Assembly (NCBI GenBank): GCA_964373815.1
Contig: CAYJWI010000003.1
Span: 8,321 to 72,320 of the forward strand
Direction of reading: 5' to 3'
Length of the DNA: 64,000 nucleotides
From: an uncultured archaeon
GTDB lineage: Archaea; Iainarchaeota; Iainarchaeia; Iainarchaeales; Iainarchaeaceae
Positions 28,942-38,014 of the stretch are shown in pieces. Positions within the stretch are counted from its first letter, which is position 1, and every line of letters begins with the position of its first letter. The position numbers and the translations under genes are program-made. The notes beneath the pieces are model-generated. The model saw only the letters and a program-made list of their open reading frames with translations. It was not told the DNA's origin and did no database searches.

Positions 28942-28968
28942 CTTTATATTGTTTCTTTATATTGTTTC
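28942..28968. promoter_or_regulatory. tandem 13-nt AT-rich repeat (TTTATATTGTTTC x2) in divergent promoter region
   Basis: ctttatattgtttctttatattgtttcc immediately upstream of the pilus operon start at 28916. Confidence 0.3.
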
Positions 28969-29220
28969 CCCGCAAAGCGGCCTATGTAGAATAATAAGGC
29001 CTATTTTAGGGGGCTTGTTATTTTTGAGGCGTGTGCGGATAAACCGATATTCAGCTTGTTTTTTTGGCATTCCATTGCCCGGATACAGAGATTGCGGCAG
29101 ACTGCTTTGGAAAGGGTTTTATTCAGCGTGTTTATACAGAATATGGGGCCGCTGCTGATTGTTTTTATATCCGGCCTCTTGATGCTGTAGTATGGTGACT
29201 GGGGGTTTTTTATTCTGGCT

Positions 29221-29721
29221 TTGAAACTAAACCTTGGCTGCGGAGCCGACATCAAAGAAGGCTATTTGAACGTTGATGCTCTTGACTTTGGCCAGGAAAT
29301 AGTTGCCGACCTTGGGAAACCCTGGAAATTCGCAAAAAACAGTTCTGTTGACGAAATCCTAATCATGGATTGCCTTGAACACGTTGCCGACATAGAATTC
29401 TTCCTCTCAGAATGCAACCGTGTGCTAAAAGTAGGCGGCCGCATGGGATTGCAGGTTCCGCACTTCAAATGCCCAAGCGCCTACATCATCACGCATAGGC
29501 ATTACTTTTCTTGGTCAACTTTTTACCATTACCCTCAGGCTTATGATAAAACCAGGACCCTCTGGCCGGAAACCGTCGAACTCATTGTTGAACCGCGCTT
29601 GCCGCCTTTGAACTGGCTGGCAAACCTCTTTCCAAAATACTGGGAAAAATTCTTTTATGCCTCCGGGCTTCGCATTGCTTTCGTAAAGCTTGCTTCAGAG
29701 AAAACCAAAGGGTGGCGGTAA
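29221..29721 (+). CDS. class I SAM-dependent methyltransferase
   Basis: Motif I LNLGCG and motif II/post-I pattern VDEILIMDCLEHV, RVLKVGGRM. Confidence 0.55.
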   Translation: MKLNLGCGADIKEGYLNVDALDFGQEIVADLGKPWKFAKNSSVDEILIMDCLEHVADIEFFLSECNRVLKVGGRMGLQVPHFKCPSAYIITHRHYFSWSTFYHYPQAYDKTRTLWPETVELIVEPRLPPLNWLANLFPKYWEKFFYASGLRIAFVKLASEKTKGWR

Positions 29722-29935
29722 TGCCTTGGCCAAAGCCTTTGGAGGCTGTAACCCTGTTTTGCCAGCACTTTGCCAGTTGACGGTTAATTTGGCATCCATT
29801 GGGAAACGCACTTTAGCCAGGGATGGTGCCACAATCCCGGCATACCTTGGGATAAAACCCCTCTTTTATACGCTTTTTACCACTTTTTCGGAAAGGTTTA
29901 TAGGGCTTTTTCAGGTAATTATGTATAGGTAAGTT

Positions 29936-30808
29936 ATGGTTTTGGGTGTTGCGCAAAGGCAGGGCCTTAAGAGGACCGTTGCCGAAAAGGAGCTTCTAAG
30001 GAGCATAAGCGCGCTCGAGCAGGGCATTTCCGACGAAACCGATTCGGAAAAAAGGCAGCAGCTCCTCTACCAGCTAAACGGGCTGCGCGGCCACCTCTCG
30101 AGGCTCTCTGGCACCACTTACACCGACCTAAGGCTTGAGAACTCGCGCCTGCGAAAGGCCATTGAGGATGCCAATGAAAAGATTTCACAACTCATGCAGC
30201 TGCGCCTTGCAGAGGGGCAGGGCCCTGAAAGCGAAGATGCGAAGCTCAAGTTCTACCGCGCCTTGATTTCAAGGTACTCCGACCTGATAAATGAGAAGGA
30301 GCAGAAAACGGTGGGCGAAATAAAAGCCCTGGTAAACAAGGATGACCTAACCATCCAGTCACTTGCCCAAGGTTTGATGCAGCAGGGCTACAAGTTCGAG
30401 AACCATTATTTCCAGTCAGCCGAAAAAGCCTACAATTATGCCAAGGATGAAATAGCGTTCGTCGACTCCGACCTCGGGCTCTCTTACTGGCTCTTGCCGA
30501 AGGAAATAATTTCTGAAAAAATCGGTGATGATGAGGACATAGCGGTCTTTCTCTGCTCTTTGCTCTTTGCGCTCGGGGACGATGACGCGGAGTGCGTGAT
30601 TGCGGAGCTCGAGGACGCGAAAACCCACGCCTTTGTTATAACGAATTTCCACTCGAAGTTCCTGCTCCTAGACCCAGTGCAGAAAAAGCCGTTCAGGGAG
30701 TTTTACGGCCAGAAGAAGGACGTGCTCGAAAAGTATTCCTTCAAAGGTTCGCGCATAAAGAGGTTCCTCTACCGCTTCAACCGCTCGAAGTACGAGCAGT
30801 ACTCTTAA
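29936..30808 (+). CDS. hypothetical protein, possible transglutaminase-like/papain-like fold
   Basis: Candidate Cys..His..Asp arrangement (AVFLCSLLFALG ... THAFV); weak. Confidence 0.25.
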   Translation: MVLGVAQRQGLKRTVAEKELLRSISALEQGISDETDSEKRQQLLYQLNGLRGHLSRLSGTTYTDLRLENSRLRKAIEDANEKISQLMQLRLAEGQGPESEDAKLKFYRALISRYSDLINEKEQKTVGEIKALVNKDDLTIQSLAQGLMQQGYKFENHYFQSAEKAYNYAKDEIAFVDSDLGLSYWLLPKEIISEKIGDDEDIAVFLCSLLFALGDDDAECVIAELEDAKTHAFVITNFHSKFLLLDPVQKKPFREFYGQKKDVLEKYSFKGSRIKRFLYRFNRSKYEQYS

Positions 30809-30822
30809 ACGTTTTTTCGCGG

Positions 30823-31407
30823 CTAGCTTTGCTCGGCATACTTTCCGTAATACTCGGCTTTAATGTCCTCTTTTGTAGGCCCGGTTGCTTCGCAGCTTGC
30901 CACAAGCTGGCCTTGGCTGTCGCTTACCTCTGTCTTGACGCTTTTGAGAGTGCCTTGCTGCAGGAATGGGATTTCCTTCCCCTTTTCCGTAAAATAAGCC
31001 GTGCCCGCAACGCAGTATGCATATGCCTGCAGCTTCACCTGCGTACTCTCGTCAAATAGCTTGTTCTCCGGGTTAGGGCTTACCGTGATTTTTGAGAGGC
31101 CCGTGATTTCCCCGCTCAATGCGTCTTTGGCGAACTTGACGCTTCCACCAGTGACCGCAAGCTCTAATTCTAACCCAGCGCTTGCCTGAATCGCACTTTC
31201 CTCTTTTTGCACCTGCGTAGCCCCGGTTTGCTGCCCCGCATTTCCCTGTGCTGCGCTATTTCCGCCAGCGCAGCCGCTTGCAAGCATTGCAAGGACGAGC
31301 AGGCACGCGAGTATTGCCCCTTTTTTGATTTCCATGTTCACCAATAGGCAGGCATTTTTTTTAAATGGATGCTTTTGAGAAGACTTTGAGAAGAAATTTT
31401 TTGCCAA
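30823..31407 (-). CDS. putative lipoprotein
   Basis: N-terminal signal with lipobox LASGCAG. Confidence 0.45.
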   Translation of the reverse strand: MAKNFFSKSSQKHPFKKNACLLVNMEIKKGAILACLLVLAMLASGCAGGNSAAQGNAGQQTGATQVQKEESAIQASAGLELELAVTGGSVKFAKDALSGEITGLSKITVSPNPENKLFDESTQVKLQAYAYCVAGTAYFTEKGKEIPFLQQGTLKSVKTEVSDSQGQLVASCEATGPTKEDIKAEYYGKYAEQS

Positions 31408-31466
31408 GAGGCATTCTGAATGCTAAATACAATTATTTGAAATGCTGCCTAGCGTGTGCGGTTCTT

Positions 31467-32435
31467 TCAGAGCCTTTCAGTAATGACCCGGTTCTCGCCT
31501 GTCCCGTGCTTTTTCACAAACGCCCTTATCCCGCTCTCCGAAAGTACCGTGTTTTTTGTCCCCAGCGCCATTATTTCAGAGCACGCGTTAGCCGCTCCCC
31601 ACACCAGCGCCTCATCGGTTTTTCTCCCTTTCATGATTGCTGCGCTGAAAGCCGAGCCGAACGCGTCCCCCGCGCCTGTCGCATCCTGAAACTTTACCTT
31701 GTAAGCCTTTATCGAGTAAATTTTTTTCCCGTCGGTTGCGTGCGCGCCGTTCTTCCCCTCCGTTATTGCCACGGTATCCGCAATATCAAGAAGCGCTTTG
31801 AGGTTTCTGTGGACATCTGCAGAACCGGTGAGCTTTAGCGCTTCCCTGCTGTTTAGCAGGAGAATATCGACTTTGCCGCATATTTTCCCAAGCTTCCTGC
31901 GCCCGAGGCTTATTTCCTTCTGCCCCGGGTTGAACGCCACTTTTGCGCCGATTTTTTTCGCGTGCGAGAAGACTTTTTTCAAAAATATTGGTTCCGAGTG
32001 CAGGGAGGTGATGTAGAGCCACTTCGCCTTCAGCTTCCTCAAATTTATTTCCGCCTTCGAGAGCATTTCAGTAGCTCCGGCGTGGAAGAGTATTACCCTG
32101 TCCCTGCCAAAGCCTGTGAGTATAACAGAATAGCCCGTGTTCGCGCCCAGAATTTTCGCGACGAGCCTTGAGTCCACTTTCTCTTTTCTTAACTCCTTTA
32201 GTATCCTTGCCCCGCTCTCATCATTGCCGATGGCGCACAATGCCCCGGCCCTTAGCCCGAGCTTCGAGAAAGATGCGGAGGTGTTCACAGCCCCGCCGCC
32301 CGTGGAGTACTTCATTGTCTTGACATCGAGTTTCGAGCCGGGGTAGAAGACGCATATCCCGCCGCTGAAGTTCTCCTTCGGCACGTAGACGAAGACGTCC
32401 TCCGTCGCGGCGCCGATTGAAATCACGTCTAGCAT
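31467..32435 (-). CDS. PfkB-family carbohydrate/nucleoside kinase
   Basis: DATGAGDAF motif near C-terminus and N-terminal GG dipeptide region of ribokinase fold. Confidence 0.75.
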   Translation of the reverse strand: MLDVISIGAATEDVFVYVPKENFSGGICVFYPGSKLDVKTMKYSTGGGAVNTSASFSKLGLRAGALCAIGNDESGARILKELRKEKVDSRLVAKILGANTGYSVILTGFGRDRVILFHAGATEMLSKAEINLRKLKAKWLYITSLHSEPIFLKKVFSHAKKIGAKVAFNPGQKEISLGRRKLGKICGKVDILLLNSREALKLTGSADVHRNLKALLDIADTVAITEGKNGAHATDGKKIYSIKAYKVKFQDATGAGDAFGSAFSAAIMKGRKTDEALVWGAANACSEIMALGTKNTVLSESGIRAFVKKHGTGENRVITERL

Positions 32436-32518
32436 TTTTTCTCCAGCAAAAACAACGTTTTTTTCCTTAATAAAACCAGGCTTTGTCCGGACTTGCCATG
32501 TAATAAGTTTTAAATTGC

Positions 32519-33544
32519 TTGAGCCACTATACTTTCTTGTCCGAGGTGCTTGGTTTGAAGGTCGCGATAAACGGTTTTGGGAGGATTGGCAGGCTAGCCC
32601 TTCGCAATGGCATCTCCGAGAAGGGACTTGACTGGGTCGTAAACCACCCGGAAGGCGTTGGGAGCGCGGCCCACCTGTTCAAGTATGATTCTGTTTACGG
32701 CAAGTTCGAGGGCCCTGTAGAAGTTCAGGGCGATTCGCTTTCAATTAACGGGAAGAAAGTGAAGGTCATTTCGAAAAAAGTCACGCCAGCGGAGCTTCCG
32801 TGGAAAGAGCTGAAGGTTGAAGTAGTGCTGGAGTGCACAGGTGCTTTCCGCTCGAAAGAGGATGCAGGGGGCCACCTGAAGGCCGGGGCGAAGAAAGTAA
32901 TCATCTCCGCGCCCGCGAAAGGCGAGATAGAGAGCTTTGTTCTTGGCGTGAACAGCGACAGGCTCGGATCTTCCCAAGCAATAATTGACAACGCTTCGTG
33001 CACCACCAACTGCCTCATGCCTGTCCTGAAAGTATTGAACGACAAATTCAAAATCAAAAGGGGGTTCATGACTACAATCCACGCCTACACCGCTGACCAG
33101 AACCTTGTTGACGGCGGGCACAAGGACCTGCGCAGGGGCAGGGCGGCAGCGCTCAACATTGTGCCCACAAGCACCGGGGCTTCGGAAGCGGCGGCAAAAG
33201 TGATTCCCGCGCTAAAGGGAAAGATTGACGGCAAAGCCATCAGGGTTCCTGTGCCGGTGGGTTCGCTTATCGATGTCACAGTAGAGGTTGAGAAGCCGAC
33301 TAGCGCCGATGAAATAAATTCTGAGATGAAGAAGGCCTCGCAGGGAAGCCTCAAGGGCATCCTGGAATACTCCGAAGAGCCTCTTGTCTCCTCCGACATA
33401 ATAGGGAACAAGCATTCAAGCGTTTTCGACTCCGAACTCACAAAGGTCGTTGGCGGCACCCTTGTGCAGGTAGTTTCATGGTATGACAACGAAATGGGCT
33501 ATGCGCAGCGGCTCGTTGACGTGGTCAAGGGCCTGAAGCTATAA
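32519..33544 (+). CDS. gap: glyceraldehyde-3-phosphate dehydrogenase, type I (bacterial/eukaryotic type)
   Basis: VAINGFGRIGR NAD-binding motif and ASCTTNCL active-site motif. Confidence 0.9.
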   Translation: MSHYTFLSEVLGLKVAINGFGRIGRLALRNGISEKGLDWVVNHPEGVGSAAHLFKYDSVYGKFEGPVEVQGDSLSINGKKVKVISKKVTPAELPWKELKVEVVLECTGAFRSKEDAGGHLKAGAKKVIISAPAKGEIESFVLGVNSDRLGSSQAIIDNASCTTNCLMPVLKVLNDKFKIKRGFMTTIHAYTADQNLVDGGHKDLRRGRAAALNIVPTSTGASEAAAKVIPALKGKIDGKAIRVPVPVGSLIDVTVEVEKPTSADEINSEMKKASQGSLKGILEYSEEPLVSSDIIGNKHSSVFDSELTKVVGGTLVQVVSWYDNEMGYAQRLVDVVKGLKL

Positions 33545-33570
33545 CCTGTCTTTCAAAAAACTTATTTATA

Positions 33571-34371
33571 CTAAGTTTCCCTGTACTTGCTGAACTGTTC
33601 CGCAAAATCCTGCGGCTTCCAGAGCCACTCGAATTGTTTCGGCTTTTTCACGCCTTCAGTGTAAATAGGCTTTTCAGTGAGACCGAACATAGGGAATTTT
33701 TTCGGCGAAACCAACTTTATGTACGCAGCGCCGCCGTAATTCATGTTCTCGACAAACCCGTCAGTGGTCTCATACCACTGCCCCCCGTGCATCTTCTCAA
33801 TCGGCCCGTAATCCGAGGCAAAGCCGGGATAGACCCAGTTTGCCATCACAAGGGTTTGCGTTTTCGAAGGGTTTACGGTAATGTGCCCGAACCCCGGGAG
33901 CATTACGCACTTGTCCCCCTCGCGCGCATCGAAGACGAGGAACTCATCGCCGTTCTGCAAAAGGTAGTGCGCCCTGCCGTGCAAGACCTCGTAAACCTCG
34001 GGGTACCATGTCTTGGTGCCGGGAACAGCAGGGTGGTAGTGGCCGAATGTCTTGTTGTACTCGTGCCCCGCGAGGAACGCAGGGAGCACTGTGATATCAT
34101 ACCTCAAATTGGCAGCCCTTATTTTCTTCCTGTGCCTTTCAATGCACACATCGCGGTACATGTAATAGAATTCTTTTGGGAGTTCCGCTTCAGGGTGCTT
34201 GAGCACAGGGGCCATCCTCTCACGCGTCCTTGCCTCGGGAACAATTTTTTCCATCCCGCTGCCGAAAATAAGTTTATTCCCTTCAAGCTTGAGTGGAAGG
34301 CCGGAGGATTGCTTGAGGTTTATTGCAGGCATGAAAGAACATCCCGTGATTAGGAATAAATAGGTTGCCAT
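33571..34371 (-). CDS. pgiA: cupin-type glucose-6-phosphate isomerase (the true start is probably the internal Met near 34254)
   Basis: TFGHYHP...EVYEVLHG and PGFGHITVN match cPGI signatures TxGHxH...E and PxxxHxxxN; N-terminal 39 aa are lipobox-like and probably not translated. Confidence 0.65.
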   Translation of the reverse strand: MATYLFLITGCSFMPAINLKQSSGLPLKLEGNKLIFGSGMEKIVPEARTRERMAPVLKHPEAELPKEFYYMYRDVCIERHRKKIRAANLRYDITVLPAFLAGHEYNKTFGHYHPAVPGTKTWYPEVYEVLHGRAHYLLQNGDEFLVFDAREGDKCVMLPGFGHITVNPSKTQTLVMANWVYPGFASDYGPIEKMHGGQWYETTDGFVENMNYGGAAYIKLVSPKKFPMFGLTEKPIYTEGVKKPKQFEWLWKPQDFAEQFSKYRET

Positions 34372-34546
34372 CGGACTTCACTGCCATGGAATAGATTGCC
34401 TTGCCTAAACCAAAAAAAAGGCAAATTTCCGTTTACCACTGGCCAGTGGTACACAATTTTCCCCGCAAAAGCCGAAAGTGCAAGTTATATATACAACATT
34501 GGTACAAAAATAAAGCAACACAACTTAGCTATGTAAGGGATTTTTT

Positions 34547-36571
34547 TTGAACACTGCCAGAAAAATGAATCTGTTCCGTAACTTCATACTTTTCGCCCTC
34601 GTTTTCGCCATGGTTCTCCCGCAGGCCCTTGCGCTCCAGCAATTATTCCCTCTCCACGGAAGGGTAACTGGCACCGGCGGCACTCTTGTGAACGGTGATT
34701 TGCGCGTCTACATTTTCGATGCCAACAGCGGCGGAAACACTGTTTACGATTCAGGAAGCGACTACAACGGCGCAATCATCAGCAGCGTCGTCGATGTAAT
34801 GCTTGGCGACAAGACAAACCTTGACCTCAACTACGGCTCTTTTTATTACATGGACATTGCAATCAACAACAACGACCTCGACTTCAACGGAAATGAGAGG
34901 AAAATATTCGAATCCAACAGGGGAAACGACATAAACGTCACCGACCTTAAGAGCGTGAACGGCAGTATAAGGCTCTCAGTCGCTTCCGATGGCAATGTGG
35001 GAATAAACACCACCTCCGCGGCAAGCAGGCTTTCGGTGTACGGCGATGTCAATATAGCGAACACGAGCACAAGCACGCCTTTGCTGCGCGTCAGCAGCGG
35101 GAATTCCAGGATTGGCGTCCTTACCCACACTCCCCAGAACACCCTCAACCTTTTGGGCGATGTGAACTTCGCGATTTCAGGCGGGACAGGTTCCCCCTCA
35201 TTGTATGTTACAAATGACGGCAACGTCGCGGTCAACGACGTATTCTCAAAGAACAAGCTGCACGTCCTTGGCGATTTGAATGTCACCACAAGCGCTACTG
35301 CCGCGCCCAGTTTGTACATTAACAGTACTGATGGCAACATCAGCATTGGTGCGGCTTCGGCTACGAGCACTTATAGGGTTGATGTGAGTGGTTTCGGCAG
35401 GTTTACTGGTGATTTGAATGTTGGCAAGAAGGTTACGGTGTCGGATGTGAATGTTTTGAATACGTTTACGGTTTCGAATTCGAGTGGGTCGCCTTCGATT
35501 TTCGTTACTGCGAGTGATGGGAATGTGAGCATTGGTTCTGGTGCGGCAACAAGCACTTATAGGCTTGATGTGACTGGTTTCGGCAGGTTTACTGGTGATT
35601 TGAATGTTGGCAAGAAGATTACGGCTCAGGACTTGAATGTTTTGGGCACCACTACCCTTACCGGCACGGCTCTTGTCGTCACTGACATAAACACGAGCAA
35701 TATCGGTATCCGCACTTCCGGCGGAACCATCCTTTTCAACGCAAGTACCGGGGCGGAGAGGCTGAGGATTACCGATGACGGGAATGTCGGCGTGAACGCC
35801 TCTGTTGTGAAGAACAAGCTGCTGGTTATCGGTGATTTGAATATTGTTACAAGCGCTACTGCTGCTCCGTCGCTTTTCGTGAGTTCAGTTGATGGAAACA
35901 TTGGGATAGGGACTGCTTCTCCGGGATCGACTTTTAGGGTTGACGTATCCGGCTTTACGAGGATTACCGGCGACCTCAATGTTGGGAAGAAGATTACTAC
36001 GACGGATGACAATGTTTTGGGCACATTCACGATTACGAATTCGAGCGGGACTCCCTCGTTGTTCGTCACTTCGAGCGATGGGAATGTGAGCATTGGTTCT
36101 GGTGCGGCAACAAGCACTTATAGGGTTGATGTGAGTGGTTTCGGCAGGTTTACTGGTGATTTGAATGTTGGCAAGAAGGTTACGGCCTTTGACCTCAATG
36201 TGGCCAGAACAGCCACGTTCCAGGACACCAACGTGCTTGGGACAGAAACACTTACAGGCGACCTCAATATTGCCACCAACGGAAAGAAGATCTACGTAAG
36301 GGACGCCAACATCAGCGGCGGCAATATAGTGAACGGCTGCGCGGGCCAGGCAATACTCTCAAGCGGGTTCTCAAGGGTTTCGACCACGTGCGTTTCGGCA
36401 AGCTCATGGATATTCCTAACACGCCAATCCGCAGGCTCGCCCCTCTCAGATGTGAACAAGGCAGTTGTGTATGTTATAGGGGGAAGGGTTGCGGGCACGA
36501 ACTTTGATATCAATTCATCCTACGCAACAGACGCAAACACGGTGGCATGGCTGATCATAGAGCCGACATAA
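34547..36571 (+). CDS. secreted repetitive beta-helix-like surface protein
   Basis: N-terminal signal peptide; many GDLNV / DGNVSIGSGAATSTYRxDVxGFGRFTGDLNVGKK repeats with near-identical ~110-bp DNA copies. Confidence 0.55.
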   Translation: MNTARKMNLFRNFILFALVFAMVLPQALALQQLFPLHGRVTGTGGTLVNGDLRVYIFDANSGGNTVYDSGSDYNGAIISSVVDVMLGDKTNLDLNYGSFYYMDIAINNNDLDFNGNERKIFESNRGNDINVTDLKSVNGSIRLSVASDGNVGINTTSAASRLSVYGDVNIANTSTSTPLLRVSSGNSRIGVLTHTPQNTLNLLGDVNFAISGGTGSPSLYVTNDGNVAVNDVFSKNKLHVLGDLNVTTSATAAPSLYINSTDGNISIGAASATSTYRVDVSGFGRFTGDLNVGKKVTVSDVNVLNTFTVSNSSGSPSIFVTASDGNVSIGSGAATSTYRLDVTGFGRFTGDLNVGKKITAQDLNVLGTTTLTGTALVVTDINTSNIGIRTSGGTILFNASTGAERLRITDDGNVGVNASVVKNKLLVIGDLNIVTSATAAPSLFVSSVDGNIGIGTASPGSTFRVDVSGFTRITGDLNVGKKITTTDDNVLGTFTITNSSGTPSLFVTSSDGNVSIGSGAATSTYRVDVSGFGRFTGDLNVGKKVTAFDLNVARTATFQDTNVLGTETLTGDLNIATNGKKIYVRDANISGGNIVNGCAGQAILSSGFSRVSTTCVSASSWIFLTRQSAGSPLSDVNKAVVYVIGGRVAGTNFDINSSYATDANTVAWLIIEPT

Positions 36572-36590
36572 ACCCGGTAGGTGCCAACTC

Positions 36591-37967
36591 ATGGTTATGA
36601 ACCAGGGATTTCGTGTTACGGCACTTTATGCTCTTTTTATCAGTGCACTTGCCCTTTCATCTTTTGCCGGTGCGTTCGATGCAAACGGCGACAGTTTTGA
36701 TGGAAACTTCCAGTCCTTCGGCTACTCGCTTGCCGACTCTAATGTCGCTGGCGGCACTTTTGAAGGGGACTTCGTTTCGCCCGCAGTTACCACCGGCAGT
36801 TGGCACGGGGGCGGGCTGTATTTTAGGGAAGGCGTTTACTTTGACCAGAACAAGGTAGGCGTAATAATCACTGCGCCCGCCAGCGGCTCCTCGTTTGCTT
36901 CGTCATCAGTCACCCTGACCTATAATTTTGAGACGCCGGGCAACCCTGTAAAGATTTTCTGGGTGCAGGTGGATTCCAATGGATGGATAAACAATAGAAT
37001 GAATTTGAGCCGCGACTTCAACGGCCTTGCCAATGGCGACCACACTTTCTATGTCGTTGCAACCGACCTGTATGATGTAAACTCGCTCACAAAGAGCGTC
37101 GCGTTTTCTGTTAGCGTAAGTTCCGGGGCTTCCACAACCTCATCCACTGTAACTGTCGGAACCCCTCCAGGCGGAGGCGTGGGAAGCGGAGGCACGCCAA
37201 GGGTGGCAATAGATGATGTCGAAAACCAGTCCAATGTGCTGAAAACTTATGAATATGCCGGTTCGAGCGGTGTTTCCGCAGACGGAATCGAAGTGACAAG
37301 GAGCGTTTCAAACATCGTGCTGGACACTTCAGCCAAAGGAAGGACCAACGTATGGGGCTTTGATGTCGTGATCAAGAATAACTCTGACAAGCCGTTCCAG
37401 AATGTTTCGGTCGTGGAAACCATCCCGAAGAAAGTCGCGGCGAATGTTTCGGAAGTGACTTTCAAGGTGCAGCCAGCAAGAATAATCAAGGCAGACCCAA
37501 TAGTCGAATGGATAATCGAGGATTTGCCTGTAGGGGGGGAAACGAAATTCTTCTACTTTGTCGAGAAGCTCCGTGACAAGGGCATTTCAGATGACTACAA
37601 TGCTTTCTTCGCCTCGCAGCCGGTTCCGGAGTTGACTGCAGAGGAAAAAACACTGGATGATGCCTGCAGGAATGTAAACTGCGATGACAATAACATCTGC
37701 ACGCAGGATTCATGTTCGCAAGGCGTGTGCTCCAATGTCCCGGCAAGGGAGGGCATAACATGCTCAGAGGGCAGCGTCTGCAAGTTGGGGAACTGCGTTG
37801 CACCGCCCAAACCCACCAAAGCCCCCTCGGGCCCTGAAAAGGTTAGTTCTCCTGGAAAGCCCTTTGACTTCGGCTCCCTCCTCGTGCCTTTGGCCGGAAT
37901 CATTGTCTTAATAATAGCTGTTGCGGCACTCTTCTTTTTCAAAATCATCAAGAAGCCAAGTAAGTAA
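36591..37967 (+). CDS. secreted protein with Cys-rich module and C-terminal transmembrane anchor
   Basis: Signal peptide, CRNVNCDDNNICTQDSCSQGVCSNV module, C-terminal LLVPLAGIIVLIIAVAALFFFKIIKKPSK. Confidence 0.5.
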   Translation: MVMNQGFRVTALYALFISALALSSFAGAFDANGDSFDGNFQSFGYSLADSNVAGGTFEGDFVSPAVTTGSWHGGGLYFREGVYFDQNKVGVIITAPASGSSFASSSVTLTYNFETPGNPVKIFWVQVDSNGWINNRMNLSRDFNGLANGDHTFYVVATDLYDVNSLTKSVAFSVSVSSGASTTSSTVTVGTPPGGGVGSGGTPRVAIDDVENQSNVLKTYEYAGSSGVSADGIEVTRSVSNIVLDTSAKGRTNVWGFDVVIKNNSDKPFQNVSVVETIPKKVAANVSEVTFKVQPARIIKADPIVEWIIEDLPVGGETKFFYFVEKLRDKGISDDYNAFFASQPVPELTAEEKTLDDACRNVNCDDNNICTQDSCSQGVCSNVPAREGITCSEGSVCKLGNCVAPPKPTKAPSGPEKVSSPGKPFDFGSLLVPLAGIIVLIIAVAALFFFKIIKKPSK

Positions 37968-38014
37968 TAAATAACCTCCCAAGCCTAAATCTGGTACTTA
38001 AGCTTGGTGCTTGC

